From: Sphyrna mokarran
Taxonomy: Eukaryota
NCBI GenBank assembly: GCA_024679065.1
Contig: JAGIQG010000036.1
Span: forward strand, 12,648,001 to 12,712,000
DNA: 64,000 nucleotides
Reading direction: 5' to 3'
The notes under the pieces are model-generated. The model saw only the letters and a list, made by a program, of their open reading frames with translations. It searched no databases and was not told the DNA's origin. This document shows positions 47,701 to 61,029 of the stretch, piece after piece (within the stretch, counting starts at the first letter, position 1; every line of letters begins with the position of its first letter). The translations under genes were made by a program, and so were the position numbers.

Positions 47701-49489
47701 CTCAACTTGTTGAGAAACAAGTTATTGCTCAATATGTGTATAACGCAGTACTCTTCCCTTCAAATAGAGAAGTCATTGACTCAAGGTCAAAAGTGCTCGA
47801 GGTTTGAGTCCATAATTCAGGCAAATTTAGTGCTGAAGGCACACTACACTGTCGAATGTTCAGTACTGACGGCCTACGTAACTGTTGGAGGTCACTAGGT
47901 TACTACTGAGAGAATTGGAGGAACATCCCTCAGATGAGATATTAAGCTAAGTGTCCATTACTTCTCCCGGTGGGTGAAAAAGAATTACTGTCATACAAAG
48001 ATAAGCAAATTCCTTCCCAGTGTTCTGGGGGCAACACTTATCACTCAACCAACACCAGTAGAAATGATATGGTCGTTGTGGGAACTTAACTGTGCGAAAT
48101 TAGACTCCAATGCGTTATGATATTACAACCTTAGATACTGTTCAATACAGTGTACATTGTTTTCTTATAAATTCTAGCTGGATGCCATGATAGTTGTTCA
48201 CAAATTCTCTCTGTCATTTACACCTGCTTTCAAACCCAATCTCCTATCCTAATAAAGTGAATGAACTTGCATAGTACAGTTGTTAAATGCCACGCAGATG
48301 AGTGGTCTTCATATCTGAGCCGATTATCTTTCACTGCAATATTGTTTTACTGATCTATGACAACTCAATATATTACGAGGGGGAACTGGATTGTATTGAC
48401 AGTTGTAGGTACATCACGGTTAATCTGTTGAATGCATTTTGAGTTTGAAGAGCCTAACAAACCTAAAAGAGAGAATATTGCCCTTATGTTTCTGAAATGT
48501 ATACACATGTTAATTAGAATCACAAAATCATAGAATCCCTATGATAGAGAAGGAGAGGATTTGGCCCATTGAGATTGCGCCAGCAACAATCTAACACAGG
48601 CTCTGATCCCGTAACCCCGTGTATTTATTTACAGCGTTAGTCCATCTGACGCATTCAGTTCAGCCCGGCTCCCTAGCACTGTGAGACAGTGGTGTTAACC
48701 TCTGGACCACCCTGCTGCCCTACATAGAATTACATGGAACTCTCACCGAACCAACTTTCATCCCATCTCATCTAATCCCAAAACATATTCTGCTATATTT
48801 CTTTCTAAATTATATCTTTGTCCAGAATCTTCCTGATTATCGATAATATTTGCCTCAACCAGCATTCAGGTAGCGGATTTCACATCCTCACCACTTCCTG
48901 AGTCAAGTCACTTCTCCAGAAATCTTCAATGGATCTATTGAGTTCTTAATACCATCTAATTTTGTGTTTAACTTAAAAAAGACATACTCAAATCACAGCA
49001 ATAATGTTAAACATAAGCATGAGAGAATTGGTTAAGCTTAATTGTGTAAATAAATGAAACTGTGTGGGCGGAAATATATAATAAGCAGAAATAGTTAGCA
49101 ATGCTATCTCAGAGCACCAGTGATCCAGGTTGAATTCCAGTCTTGGATGACTGTCTAGAGTTTACAGGTTCTACCTATGTTTGCATGGGTTTCCTCCAGG
49201 TGATCTGGTTGCCTCTCACAGTCTAAAAGATTAACTTATTGCCAATTCTAAATTGTGTCCAAAGATATGTAAATTAGGGGGATTAATGAAGTAAATATAT
49301 GTGGTAATTATGAATAGGACCAGGGTGGGATGCTGTGTCAGAGTCGGTACGTAATAGATGGGCCGAATGGCTTCATTTTGCATTGTAGAGTTTCTATGTT
49401 TCTATGAACTAAAAAAAAGATCAAAACCTTTAGCAAACAGATTTTTTTAAAAAATAAAATCTCATTCGGAAATACCTGTCTATAGCTCA

Positions 49490-50700
49490 CTCAGAAGGAA
49501 AGAATGAAGTTGGATTAAAATAGGCTTACAATATTGCAAAAAGAAAAGCAGCAAGTCTGAGGATTGAGATTGTTTAAACAACAGCAAAGGATTAACCGGA
49601 GATAGAAAGCAGGGAAAAGGTAGAATACGAGAACAAACTAGCCAGGAGTGTTAACAGGTTACAAGATCTTTTATAAGTAGATGAATATTTGAAGTATACA
49701 AAGAGCAAATGAATAACTAAACGAAATGGAGGGAGGAGAAATAATCATAAGGAATGATGAAATGGCAGACACGTTAAATATATATTTTATGAGCGGTGTA
49801 ACAGTAGAGGACATGAGTTACATACAAGAAACACAAAACAACCTGGCCTGAAACGAATAAGGAAATTAGTACTACAGAATGAATTATTAGCAAATTAGAA
49901 AGACTAAAATCCGACAAATTCCAGGGGACTTGATGACGTGCATCACAGTGATCTAAAAGAGATAACTGTAGAGATAATGGGCGTGCTGGTTATTATTTTC
50001 TCAAGTTCTTTATATTTGGAAATTGTCCCATTGTATTAGAAGTAGCAAATGTTACACGACTTGTCAAGAAAGAAGAGACAGGGAGCACTGAACTTCAATG
50101 TAGTTAACCTAAACCAGTTGTTGGGGAAATGCTGCAATCTGTCATTAAAGAAGCCTTAATAATGCACTTACAAAAGCATAGTATGATTGGAACAAGTCAA
50201 GTTGTTTTACTAATCCTATTGATGGTCAAAGAGACTTGAGAGTGCTTGTAGATTGAATTCAGAAAGCGGGCAAATGTGCAGCAACCTAATTATTAGGCAA
50301 ATAACATGCTGGCAACTATCACAAAAAAGATTAGAGTACAACAATAAATAAAACTTGCCAGTGATGCCGCATCTGAAATATTGAATGCAGTTTTGGAATC
50401 CACATTTAAGGAATGGTATGCAAGCATTGGAGGCAATACATTGAAGGTTCTATAGATTGGGTCCTTGGGACGAGAAGGTTCTGGGAAGCTGATAAGCTAA
50501 CTAAATTTTGCATTTTTTATTTTCTGGGGTTTGAAAGTTGATAGGTGATCCCAGGAAAACCTGCTAAACTCTGAAAGAGCTTGATGGAGTACATACAGAG
50601 AGATTATTTCGCTGCTGAGGGAAACTATAGAGACACAGTCTTTGGATAAGGGGCAGATGATTGAAAACTGAGATGAGGATACTTTCTTCATTCGAGAAGT
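49490..50700 (+). mobile_element. Degenerate CR1 LINE ORF2 fragments
   Basis: Decayed KSPGPD..HPRVLKE, VANVT..FKKG-like and ORF2-end motifs with many stops. Confidence 0.7.
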
Positions 50701-51729
50701 GAAGTTTTGGATGCTTCAGCCTTTTAGATCCAATTATTTTAATTTATAGTTTAAGAGACTTATTAATAATTTTATTTAGACCAAAAATTCTACGAATCAT
50801 TTGCTGTGTTAGGAATTCGAATATTTATACTTGAGTGAAATTGTAACTTAATTAACAGTAAACTCAGATCTCTTTATACTTTAATATTAAATGCCTTCCC
50901 ATTGAAAATGTAGTTCCATGATTAAGGAGATGGGCAAAAAGGCAAAGGGGGAAATGAATTCATTTTCAAAGAGTGGGTTATTTGATTCGGAATGCACTAC
51001 TGGACATGATGATAGAAGTAGATCAAATCGTATTAGTTTTGAAGGAAATTGATAACAATTCAGCGAGATCAACTTACTGGATTATGAGAGAAGAGAAAAG
51101 ATGGATAAAATAGGGCAAACATAATACCTCCACCAAAGTGCTTGCACTCGCATGATAGACCGAATGACCCAGTTAATCGCCATATAAAATAATGTCTATA
51201 TTGCTGATCGCATGAACTGAAATAGACATCGGATAGAGCTCTGCAGGGACAGAGTAAATGGTAGTCCATTAAGCTGAAACAAGAATCCGGATCAGACCTT
51301 GAAATTGACGGGAAAAAAGATGCCTTCCCCACGAAAAATTGCACTTCATATAGTGATCTAATCTTTCATATAGAAACTTCGAAACTAGAAACGTAAGAAG
51401 GCCCTTCGACCCTTCAAATCTGCTTCACCATTCATTGTTGATGAATGTTGCCCCTCCAGCTCAATGTCATATTCCTGCTTTTTCCTGAAATCCGTTGATG
51501 CCTTTAAAATCTAAAACTAAAATACATTCATGTCTAATTAAACATTTTTGCCTAACTTGAGTTGTCCTTCAGAAAGTTGAGGTGAGCTGCATTTTTGAAT
51601 GGCCGCAGTGCCTGTAATGTAAGTATGCCCACAGTTTCCTAACAAAAACGTTCTATCGCAAAGAAATGTCAGTTTGGTTTCATTCTCATCCGTGTTCTCA
51701 CCATTTATTTCTGTTTAATTTGCACACAG

Positions 51730-52074
51730 AACATGAAATTGCGAATGCCACAGTTACAGTCTTTGAACCCTCTCCACTTGAGATCAAAGAGAGCCACAGT
51801 GCCACTGTGGTTTGCCTTGTATCTAACTTCTACCCCGACAACATCCAGATCACCTGGTTTGTCAATGGCAACGAAAAGAATGCCAATGACACAAGCATTC
51901 AAACTGATCCCAAATCCATCTTCTCGAATCAGAAAAAGACCTTCAGCATCAGCAGTCGTCTGCGATTCGAGCTTCAAGACTGGGTCAAGACCAACACGGT
52001 CAAATGTGAAGTGAAGCACTATACTAGCGGATCAACGCCAAAAACCCACGAGGGCATGCTTAACGTCAAGCCTG
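51730..52074 (+). CDS. TRBC: C-beta exon 1 (Ig C1 domain)
   Basis: EHEIANATVTVFEPSPLEI..ATVVCLVSNFYPDNIQITWFVNG..FSISSRLR..DW..VKCEVKHY. The VFEPS..EI, FYPD and SSRLR motifs are typical of C-beta. AG/GT boundaries, phase 1 matching the J donors. Confidence 0.97.
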
Positions 52075-52368
52075 GTAGGACCATTAAAGCGATCCATGCC
52101 ATTCTGCTTTAGCTTCGAAGAAGGTGGTATCTTACATGGTTCCTTTGCTTCGCTCAGTGATCAAGTAGATGAACCTGTAGATCAATAAGTAGCTAAATGA
52201 CTAAGAACAGAGAACAGATGTAATGAGAAAAAAATGTTAAAAATCATATTTAAGTGACTGTTGCAAGGTAATGAACTGAATATGACTTACAACTGTCATG
52301 ATTTGCATCTATGCAGTAATTCCATAACGTGTCAGGTTCTAAAACTTTTTTTTCTCAATTTCTTTCAG

Positions 52369-52389
52369 AAACCTGTGGTTTAAGTAAAG
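52369..52389 (+). CDS. TRBC: C-beta exon 2 (connecting peptide with interchain Cys, ETCGLSK)
   Basis: 21-nt phase-1 exon between TTTCTTTCAG and GTAAG, carrying the CG motif. Confidence 0.92.
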
Positions 52390-52467
52390 GTAAGCCAACA
52401 TATCCTCCTATCTGCTTCAAGATACTACGCATTGGGAAGAGTGGGAGTTTTCTTCACAGGATGCAAA

Positions 52468-52917
52468 GGTCCACCTTGTTGACTAACAAGGGGCATGCAT
52501 GCAGCATGTCGTGCGAGAGCTGCTCTTGGAGGTTGCTTCAGGAGTTGCCTAGTGCTTCACGTCATCAGTGGATGCTTAAACTGGACCATCTGATGGGCAT
52601 CATGACAGCTCAGAGACTATCGCTGTGGCTGTGCTGACACATGGATTTGGGCCTGTGTCTGCGGGAGTTTGCGCGTTCTCCCCGTGGTTGCGTGGGTTTC
52701 CTCGGGTGCTCCGGTTTCCTCCCACATCCCAAAAATGTGCTCTTAGGCTGATTGGGTAACAAATTGTCCCTATATTGGTCCCTATATGGGAATCTTCAAC
52801 AATAGGCATAGCCTAAAGTCAAGGATATGTCATTAAGACGTTAGGACGGCGGCGTGGGCTTGTTGGGTCGAAGGGCCTGTTTCCCGTGCTGTGTTGCTCT
52901 TTGTTCTTTGTTCTTTG
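52468..52917 (+). mobile_element. Composite V-SINE (copy 3), in C-beta intron 2
   Basis: 120-nt 5' module, degenerate tRNA head, V-core, CR1-type tail ending (TTCTTTG)n. Confidence 0.88.
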
Positions 52918-52919
52918 AG

Positions 52920-53360
52920 AGTTACCAAAGTGACCCCAGAGATTGAGGGTTTAGATGCAAGGATGGCTTGGAGAAGATGGGGTTGCTGTCCTTACAGGAA
53001 AGGAGATTGAATAAAGGTATGACGGAGATGCAAAAAATTGTGTTAGATTTAGATAACGTAGACAAAGAAAAGCTACTGCGTTATGTGATGGTATTAGTAC
53101 TAGGGGACATACACAAAATCTTGGACAAAAGCTGCAGCGGTAACTTGAGGAAGTATTTGTTTTATACAGAAAATGATAATAGAATGACAATGAACTACCC
53201 AGGAAGCACAGGCATGACTGATTTTAAAAGGAAATTAGATGGGGAAATGAGAAAAATGGAGTTGCAGAGCTACAGGGATACAACAGGGAGATGGAAATGA
53301 CTGAACATTTTTATAAAGAAAAATCACTGATTGGATGAGCTGAATGATCTTCTTCTGATA
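52920..53360 (+). mobile_element. CR1 LINE 3' fragment
   Basis: LEKMGLLSLQERRL.. ORF2-end motif (ORF 52968-53300). Confidence 0.75.
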
Positions 53361-54179
53361 CTCCGTTATTAAATCATTACAGCCCATAAATTGCAATACT
53401 GAAATTATTATTGTAAGTTATTTAATGTAAATGTCATTTCAACATTTGGGTATAGTTGTTTTCTATTAAAAATACTACAGTCTGTTAGGTTTCAATAGCA
53501 GAAATGGGAAGGTGTATTTCATACTCAGATTAGATCCAACAAATGTGGGGACAGGATATTTCATGCCAGGCGTGATTCTACTGACACATTGGAAAGCTTT
53601 TATAATAACAAATTTTATTTAACAATGCAACACAGCTATAACAAATTAATTAGCTTACCTTTTAAAAATTGAACAATACATGAACATGACAAGATACAAT
53701 TCTGTAATGCTAATCTATTGCTATCGATCCAATCAAACAATGGCAGACATAAACCTTTCTTTAAAATAGGTTAACAGAACACAGGCATGCATGCTGTGAC
53801 TGAGATTAGCAGGCTTTGGAGCTTTCATAAAATCTTTGGAGCAGGAAACAGTTTTCTGCAGACAGTTCAGACAATACTTCTTTCCTGTAAGCTTATCTCC
53901 TCCCATTAATCACATAACTGTGTCCCCGCCCATCAACCTAATCTAAAGTCTTCTCTGAAACCTGAGGAGAACCTAAGTAAAGACAAATGCATTAGCTCTG
54001 CTTAAACAAGCACTTCATGTCTAAAATGAATATTTGTCCTCCCAGCTACATATTTCAGGTTGTCTTAGACAAATCAACATCTTGCAAAACAGATTTGAAT
54101 TCTAAACATGCCTCTGCCAAAAAATTGTTATCAATATATCTCTGAGAGATACCATATCACCACGGATCACAGACTCGTT

Positions 54180-55200
54180 AGGACATAGATGGAGGCTATT
54201 CAGGCCATTGTGTCTGCACTGTGTCTCTAAATAAGTATTATGATGTAATGCTTTGCCCTACCCCTTCCTGTACTCCTGCAGTCTGTTTCTACTAAATTAA
54301 TTACAAAAGCCCTCTTGAATGCCTCGATTGAATTTGCCTTCGACACAATTCCAGGCAATGCATTCCATATCTGAAGCACTTGCAAGTTTCTTTCTTGCAT
54401 CATATTTGTATCTTTTACAAATGTGTTTAAACTGTGTATATTCTTGATCCTTTCATGTGCAGGAGCAGTGTCCCCCTATCTAATCTGTTCAGACGCCTCA
54501 TGATTTTGAACATTTTGATCAAATCTGCTATTAACTTCTTTCTCTTCACGGAGAACATCATAACTGAAGTTTTTTTATTCTCCCCATTTCGTCCAAGTCC
54601 TTCCTGTAGACTGTTGGCCCCTGTACAGACCTATCCAATCTCCAGTATAAGTTGGCATAACTTCTTTACTTTTATATTTTATATGAAATACTGTATACTT
54701 CATTAGCTTCTCTCTCCACTGTCCTGTCATCTTCAATGATCAATGTGCATGCCCCTCTGTTAAGAATTTTACCAGTTATTTTATGTCGTCTCTTCACGTT
54801 GTTCCACCCAAAGCTCATTACCTAACACAGCTCCATATTGAATTTCATCTGCCACATATCTGAATACCCCAGCAACTTGTCTTTATAATTTTCAAGTTCT
54901 ACACATTATTCTCTTCATATTTTAAAATACTTTCCAATATTGGTTCATCCACAAACTTCGAAGGTGTCTCCAGCACAGCAAGATCTAGATATTGATCAGG
55001 AAAAGCAAAGGTCCCAATATAAACACTAGGAAGAACAACTACAAAGCTTCCTCCAGAACCAACACCCCTCCTCCGGAAATAATATCCATTGACCATTAAT
55101 ATTTCCTTCCTTTTATTCAGTCCATTTGGGATCCACGTTCCTGCTATTTTTATTTTCTCAAGTCTATTGTTTGGCACTCTAACCAATGCCCTTTAGCATT
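54180..55200 (-). mobile_element. Degenerate CR1 LINE fragments
   Basis: Minus-strand SKFVD (SKFADD-like) and ORF2-end motifs. Confidence 0.65.
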
Positions 55201-55363
55201 ACATTTATGATAAAACTCTTTTAAAGAAAGAAATTTAATTGTACTTTCGAGTAGAGATCTCCTGGGTTCAGCTCAGTGGAATATATGTTTCCTTGTGATA
55301 AGGAAAAAGCAAGGCTTGGCAGTGGGTGGAGAGAGTTGACTGGAATTGCATAGGTCTTAAAAC

Positions 55364-56199
55364 TGTTACAATCTAGGTCAGAAATTCCACGGATTTGATA
55401 TGAAGTCGGCCTGGATCATAGGTCATGCACTTCGAATTTTGGCATAGGTAGAACATAAAATATTTCACTCCACGTATGCTTCAAATGATCCTCTAGGGAG
55501 CTTTCAACAAATGAAATTTATTTAAGAATATAATTAACATATAGAAAATGAGCAAGAACTTTTACCAATTATAACCATGAAAGAAAACAACCATGATATT
55601 GCGTAAAAGCCTAATGTACTCTTCGAACCAAATGAACCTTCTTACAAACATACAAGTATCCCTGGTTTAGCACAGAAAATAAGAATGCTCATGTGATGTT
55701 GGATCTTGCAGCTTTCCAATCCTGTGTGACTTACTCATTTGTAGGGAGAGTTGAAAAAGTTGTGGCCCTCCAATCCTGATACTTTGAGCACACTTCAAGA
55801 GATACAGATACTCCTTGCCTCGAGCTACTGGCTAGATGGCCTCCAAGAGCTGAATTTCTAATACAAGGGAGAGACACTGATATTATTGCAGTATGCAGTC
55901 CTAACAGCATCAAACTAGCCAAACTCAAAGAGAAGTTTTCCTGTGAAAAACAAAACTGCTCCACCTGAGATGTCAATTACTCTTCCCCCATCAATTCAAA
56001 GATGTTGTAAACTCCAGGACAGTGTATTAGGCCAAATTAAAAATAAACTGAAAGCCTTCAGTTTACAGGCCATACAGCCATAATCAAAGAATATCGGGTC
56101 AGATAGCTTGGGAACAAAAACAAAAGCCCAGGCCCTCTTAAAAGAATTGCAGAGGAACATGATGGAAATACATTCCTTAAAGACATGATAGCATGTCAA
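55364..56199. mobile_element. Probable solo LTR in C-beta intron 2
   Basis: TGTTACA..CATGTCA ends, possible AAAAC TSD; internal block shared with the ~19975-20550 and ~7090-7220 elements. Confidence 0.55.
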
Positions 56200-56938
56200 A
56201 AAACTCATTCTGTGAGTTTTTGTGCCACATCTCATTGTAGAGATGTGGCACAAAAAAACCCAGGTGGAATTACACTCTTTAGAGAAATAAAGTGTTTTAG
56301 GAAATAAAGTGTTTTAGCATCCTCAAATTCATTGTGGCCAATAAAATCTATCGGGGGTTTAATCACAGGTGTAATGCAATAATCATAGAAACTAGTTTGG
56401 GGGTACTAACCTCCCCAGACGGCAAGAGATATATGACCAGATAATCTAGTGACATTGGCTAAGGGATAGTTGAGGTCCAGAGCATAGTGGAAAACACAGC
56501 ACTGCTGTTAGATCATTTACATCCATCTGAGGGGCAGACATGTCATCTGTCTAACGTCCCATATGAAACGATGCTCATCTAATACTAATAGCGAACTGGA
56601 GTAGGCATAATGGCATTGATCCCAAGGGAGGAAGCTCCTGACTGAGTAATGGAGTAACTCCCATTCCATACACCTTTTAGTTACCAATTAAAATCTTGCT
56701 TCGTACTTGGGATTGGAGTGGTACAAAAGATAGAAGTGCTCATAATTGGACAGATAATACTATTAGCATAGACTTAATATAAGGAGATGGATCTCAGTCA
56801 ATTTTACGCTTCAATGGATAGTATTATATTTCTACAATTTAACTCATACACTGGGATTCGAAGATGATGATATGTTCTATTTGCTAAGATTAAAAGAAAA
56901 CAGAAATTCCAAAATTGTTCTTTATATTTGCTTCACAG

Positions 56939-57045
56939 AGGCAAAAAGGCAAAGATTGCTTACAGGAAAGCTGACATACCTGATCGTGATCGGCAAAAGC
57001 ATCTTTTATGGGATATTCATCTCAATTCTTGCTTGGAAGACGAAG
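56939..57045 (+). CDS. TRBC: C-beta exon 3 (transmembrane)
   Basis: EAKRQRLLTGKLTYLIVIGKSIFYGIFISILAWKTK. Intramembrane Lys and the two Tyr typical of TCR-beta TM; AG/GTAAG boundaries. Confidence 0.95.
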
Positions 57046-58483
57046 GTAAGATTAACCTAAGTATGGTAAAACATACATTCTAAAACTGAAATGATAAAAA
57101 TGGTTATCATTCAATCATTGGAGACCTCCGCATACATGTAATGACAGTCTACAGATTTTCAGAAGAAAAGAATCAATTCTATTTTCATTTCAACTGTTGC
57201 ATTTTACATGACCTTAATGGAGAAACTCCCTTATTCATTCATGGCAATACATGAAAACATGGTAGCACATAAATTATCCAGTCGGCCCAAAGGGATTCAT
57301 GTAGACTCTATCTCAGTCTAAATGGTGCCCACCTGTATTTAAACATGACAATAGTCCATCCCACTATAACTAACCTGAGCACAGTGACCCTCTGTTACCA
57401 TGTACGTCTATTTATCTATCGTACGCCATTAAATCATCTATGCTATTCGACTCAATAACTTAAAGCAGCGGCAATTCTGGCTGGCTGCAGTTGAATACAT
57501 TCAATGTGCAAGTGGCTGTCTGATATTAATGACATCTGGTTCCTGATTCATGTTCTACAGAACTCAAATAAAAAATACACCAAGTAAAAGAAAGCACCAA
57601 TTGAATACAGTTCATTCCATTGCGACCATTCTGTCTGAAAGCAATACATCAGGACAGCATGTAGGCTGGCTCTAGGGGAAATACAAAATGGAGGAAAAAG
57701 TTTGTGGCCTGAGGTTACTAAATCAAATTCAATGTTGATTCGAGAAGGCTGCGGAGTGCTTAATTAGAAGATGATTTTTCCAGCTTGTGTTGAGATTCGC
57801 TGGAACATTGCAACATTGCAAGGAGAAAAAATGATCATGGGATCAAGGTGGTGAATTGAAATGGCAAACAACTGAGTATCGGATCATACTTGCAGATTCA
57901 GTAGAAAAGTGATGAGTTGTTGTGCATCATAGAAGAGTGGGCCAGGATGTCGAAGAGAGAACAGCTCCTTACGAATGCTTACAGGGGAGGCAGAAGAAAA
58001 TATGTTTGGTGGTGGCATCTTGTGAGAGTTGGGTGAAAATAATTCTTTGAAAGCGGTGGCTAGTGGGGTGAAAATTGAGAAGAAGGGGGACGCTATCATG
58101 TTTCCGAGAGGGGTGGGAACGGTAATGTGAGAAGTGCAGAAAATGGATCGCAAATGGCTGAGATCCATGTGTAAGCAAGGAGAAGCTGTTGAAATAATAT
58201 GTGGATCAGTAACTAAAGGACACAGACATAGAATAATAGATCAAATAACCAAAGGAGAAGACGAGGAGGTATTTTCATGTAGCGAGTTGTTATGATCTGG
58301 AATGCATTACCAAAAAGGAAGTAGAAACACGTTAAGCTCTAACTTCTAAAATGCCGTTAGATTTACATTTGTGAGAATTGGGATTGAAATGCCAGTGGGA
58401 TTACAGAATGGCCTCTTCCTCCGTAGTATGATTCTCATTTAAAATGTTGGTAAGACAGACTGTTTTTTTTTATTGTTTACTAG

Positions 58484-58510
58484 GCGTCTTACAACAAAAG
58501 GTTTGATTGA
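58484..58510 (+). CDS. TRBC: C-beta exon 4 (cytoplasmic tail ASYNKRFD*), most likely terminal exon
   Basis: T-rich acceptor ..TTTACTAG, phase 0, short basic tail. AATAAA at 58965-58970 and ~59200-59209. Confidence 0.75.
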   Translation, partial: ASYNKRFD

Positions 58511-58964
58511 GCATCACACATTTTGAATTGGCAAATAGTGGAACACACGAGAGAGAAAGAAGAGAGAAGATATAAATATTGCGAAAACATTGGAGATGAA
58601 CTTTGTCCTATCAACTCTCGCCATACTGACATAGAAAGTGGTGCGCCATTGCTGCCGGAAATGAATGGAGAAATCTATGTTCTGTTTTAGCTTTTCGGTT
58701 GAAGTAACTACTTTAATAATCTTGACATTGCTTTTTTAAAAAAATATTTTCCTGTGTTTAAATAGGTTAGGTTTTGAGGAATTCGCAACCTCTCTCCAGG
58801 TCATTTATTAGTCATGTTATTGCAATTTTTGTAAAGAATCATCGAACCTAACAAAGGAGGCCATTTGGTTCCTCGTGCAACGCCTACCATTTGTAAAAGA
58901 TCTCAGATTGAACAATTCCAGCTTCTCGAACCTCTCCGTGAAACTTAACCTCTTGTGCCAGTCC

Positions 58965-58970
58965 AATAAA
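58965..58970 (+). terminator. Candidate polyadenylation signal of TRBC (second candidate ~59200-59209)
   Basis: AATAAA downstream of the exon 4 stop codon. Confidence 0.5.
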
Positions 58971-61029
58971 GCTGTGTATATTATTAAGTAGCAGAAAGCA
59001 CATTGTAACTGAAATCATGCATCATAACATATTTTGCTCTTATCTAGTAATGCATAATTGTCAATGTTAGTTTTAGAATTCTCCTCAGATTGTGGAGGGA
59101 GACTGGGGCTACATTTGTTATACGGTTATCAGTGTATTTGATATTGACAGGTCACTTGTGATTCTTTGTACATTTGTTTTGCTTGTTCACTGTTTAAGAA
59201 ATAAATAAAATATTCCTACCAAAAAAAATTCTTTGCTGAATTATTTCAATCTTCCCCCATGCTTACCTTTTGCTAAATAACAATGTGTAGCTAACCTTTT
59301 TTATACGTGTTTCCTGGAGGTGGACATCAAGAAATATCGAGTAAACGTGGGGAAGTGTGGCTTAGATGTACATCAGCCGCAAGAGCTGGAACACGTACAA
59401 GGGATATAATCACACCATCCTTTTCTTATGTAACATGTAGTAGAGGAATAATTTGCCTTCTTCTGTTATAATGCGACCGATTCCAGGGCTTTGAAAGATC
59501 ACTTTCAATGCAAACATCCTCGTGGCTGAAGGACTTTCTGCCAATTTTATCGAACAACTTACGTAGCTTGAAGAGGTTGTTTCTTTTTTTTCTGTAACGG
59601 ATCTGAAGCAACTGAATAGGTACCAAATATTTGATAATATCTCTAAGCGGGGAGATGCTTTTTAAATTTAATATGGAGGATGGTTGTAGTGGGCCGCATT
59701 AGGGAAACCAGCATATTTTCCATTCATAAGTGCTTTTGAGAATGTGTTAATTAACGACGCTCTTGAATACAATTGGAATGGTAATTTCATGGGGCAATTG
59801 AGTGTCAGCCATATGGTTGTGGAGCTGGTGTATCATAGACGCCAGACTGTATAAAGATGATATGTTCCCTACCGGAGTAGATTGGATTTTACAAGTATCC
59901 AGTATCTTGAAGATTTTTGTTAGATATTTCCAGTAAATTCTCTTAATCTAAATTCTCCAGCTATAGTAAGGTGATTTGACCTGACATTTCTGGATTATTT
60001 ATCCAGGCTACTATTGTAAGACTGTTACTATCCGTCACAAGCAACTTCACTAAGAATCCTTTCTTTCGACTCCTGGTTTAGACAACTTCATCCCCAGATT
60101 CAACACAGAGAACAAAATACCTCTTCTCCAAACGAACAATTATTCTCAGAGATAGTAAATAATTATATAAGTCGGAGATCCGTAACGGTAGGCCAATACA
60201 GTTCCTCTTTTATCCTATGGGAGTGTTGAGTGACACTGTTGAGAGAGGGACAGAGGCAGGTATCTCTGCGTTAAAGAACTCCACACCGTCCCCCTGTGCA
60301 TAAGACCTGGCAACATGTGAAGCCCTTCGAATCTGTTTAGAACATTTAAAGAATCCTGATCTGGCCCTAACTTAATAGAAATGTGCAAAAAGAGCACCAT
60401 AGAAAGAGGCAAAAGACTCATCTCGTTCACACCAATTGGTCTGTTCTCTCCTCCCTTTCATTTTGCCACAAGAACAAATCCTTCCATTTCTTTCTAACGG
60501 GATGCTCCTTAAATATTTTTTGTCTCAAGCGTTTCCCTGCGATTGTCATCCTCAGCTCTTTCTGACTGAATTCCCCGTGGGACTAATTACTGACTAACTT
60601 GTAGATTAATCCTTTCTGACCCCATCCAAGAAACTGACATATTTTCTCTTCACCTACTCTTCCGATCTCTTTTGCATGTTTACCGTTATACCTCTATAAA
60701 ACTATCACTCTGCTCTATCTTGTCCACAGACATGAGTTGCAGTTTGTATAGTCTTTCCTGATGGCTAACAAAGCAAACTGTTCTGATTTCTTGGAATCAA
60801 ACTGCATTTCATTGGATGCAGACATTGGAAGGGACATTTGTTATCATAATGAGTGATCAATACGGATATACATCAATTCAAACTCTAAAGCAGCTTTGGA
60901 AAGTTGCAGGTAGAACCTGTTTAGGGAATTCGGAACGTTCTGTCATAGATGGTTTTCATTTCCACTGTTGCACTCGGTCTGCCTCCTGTTCCAACACCCT
61001 GCACTGTTTGCCCACTAGTATCTATCCCT

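Noticed and set aside
48367-48410. J-like relic TATTACGAGGGGGAACT..TTGACAGTTGTAG|GT (a similar weak one at ~45811-45848)
   Set aside because: No FGxG in frame and no RSS; cannot be distinguished from chance.
53541-53560. AAATGTG-GGGACAGG resembling a second D-beta
   Set aside because: No 3' heptamer/nonamer and no 5' nonamer at 12 bp; it lies in a C intron at the edge of an LTR-like repeat.
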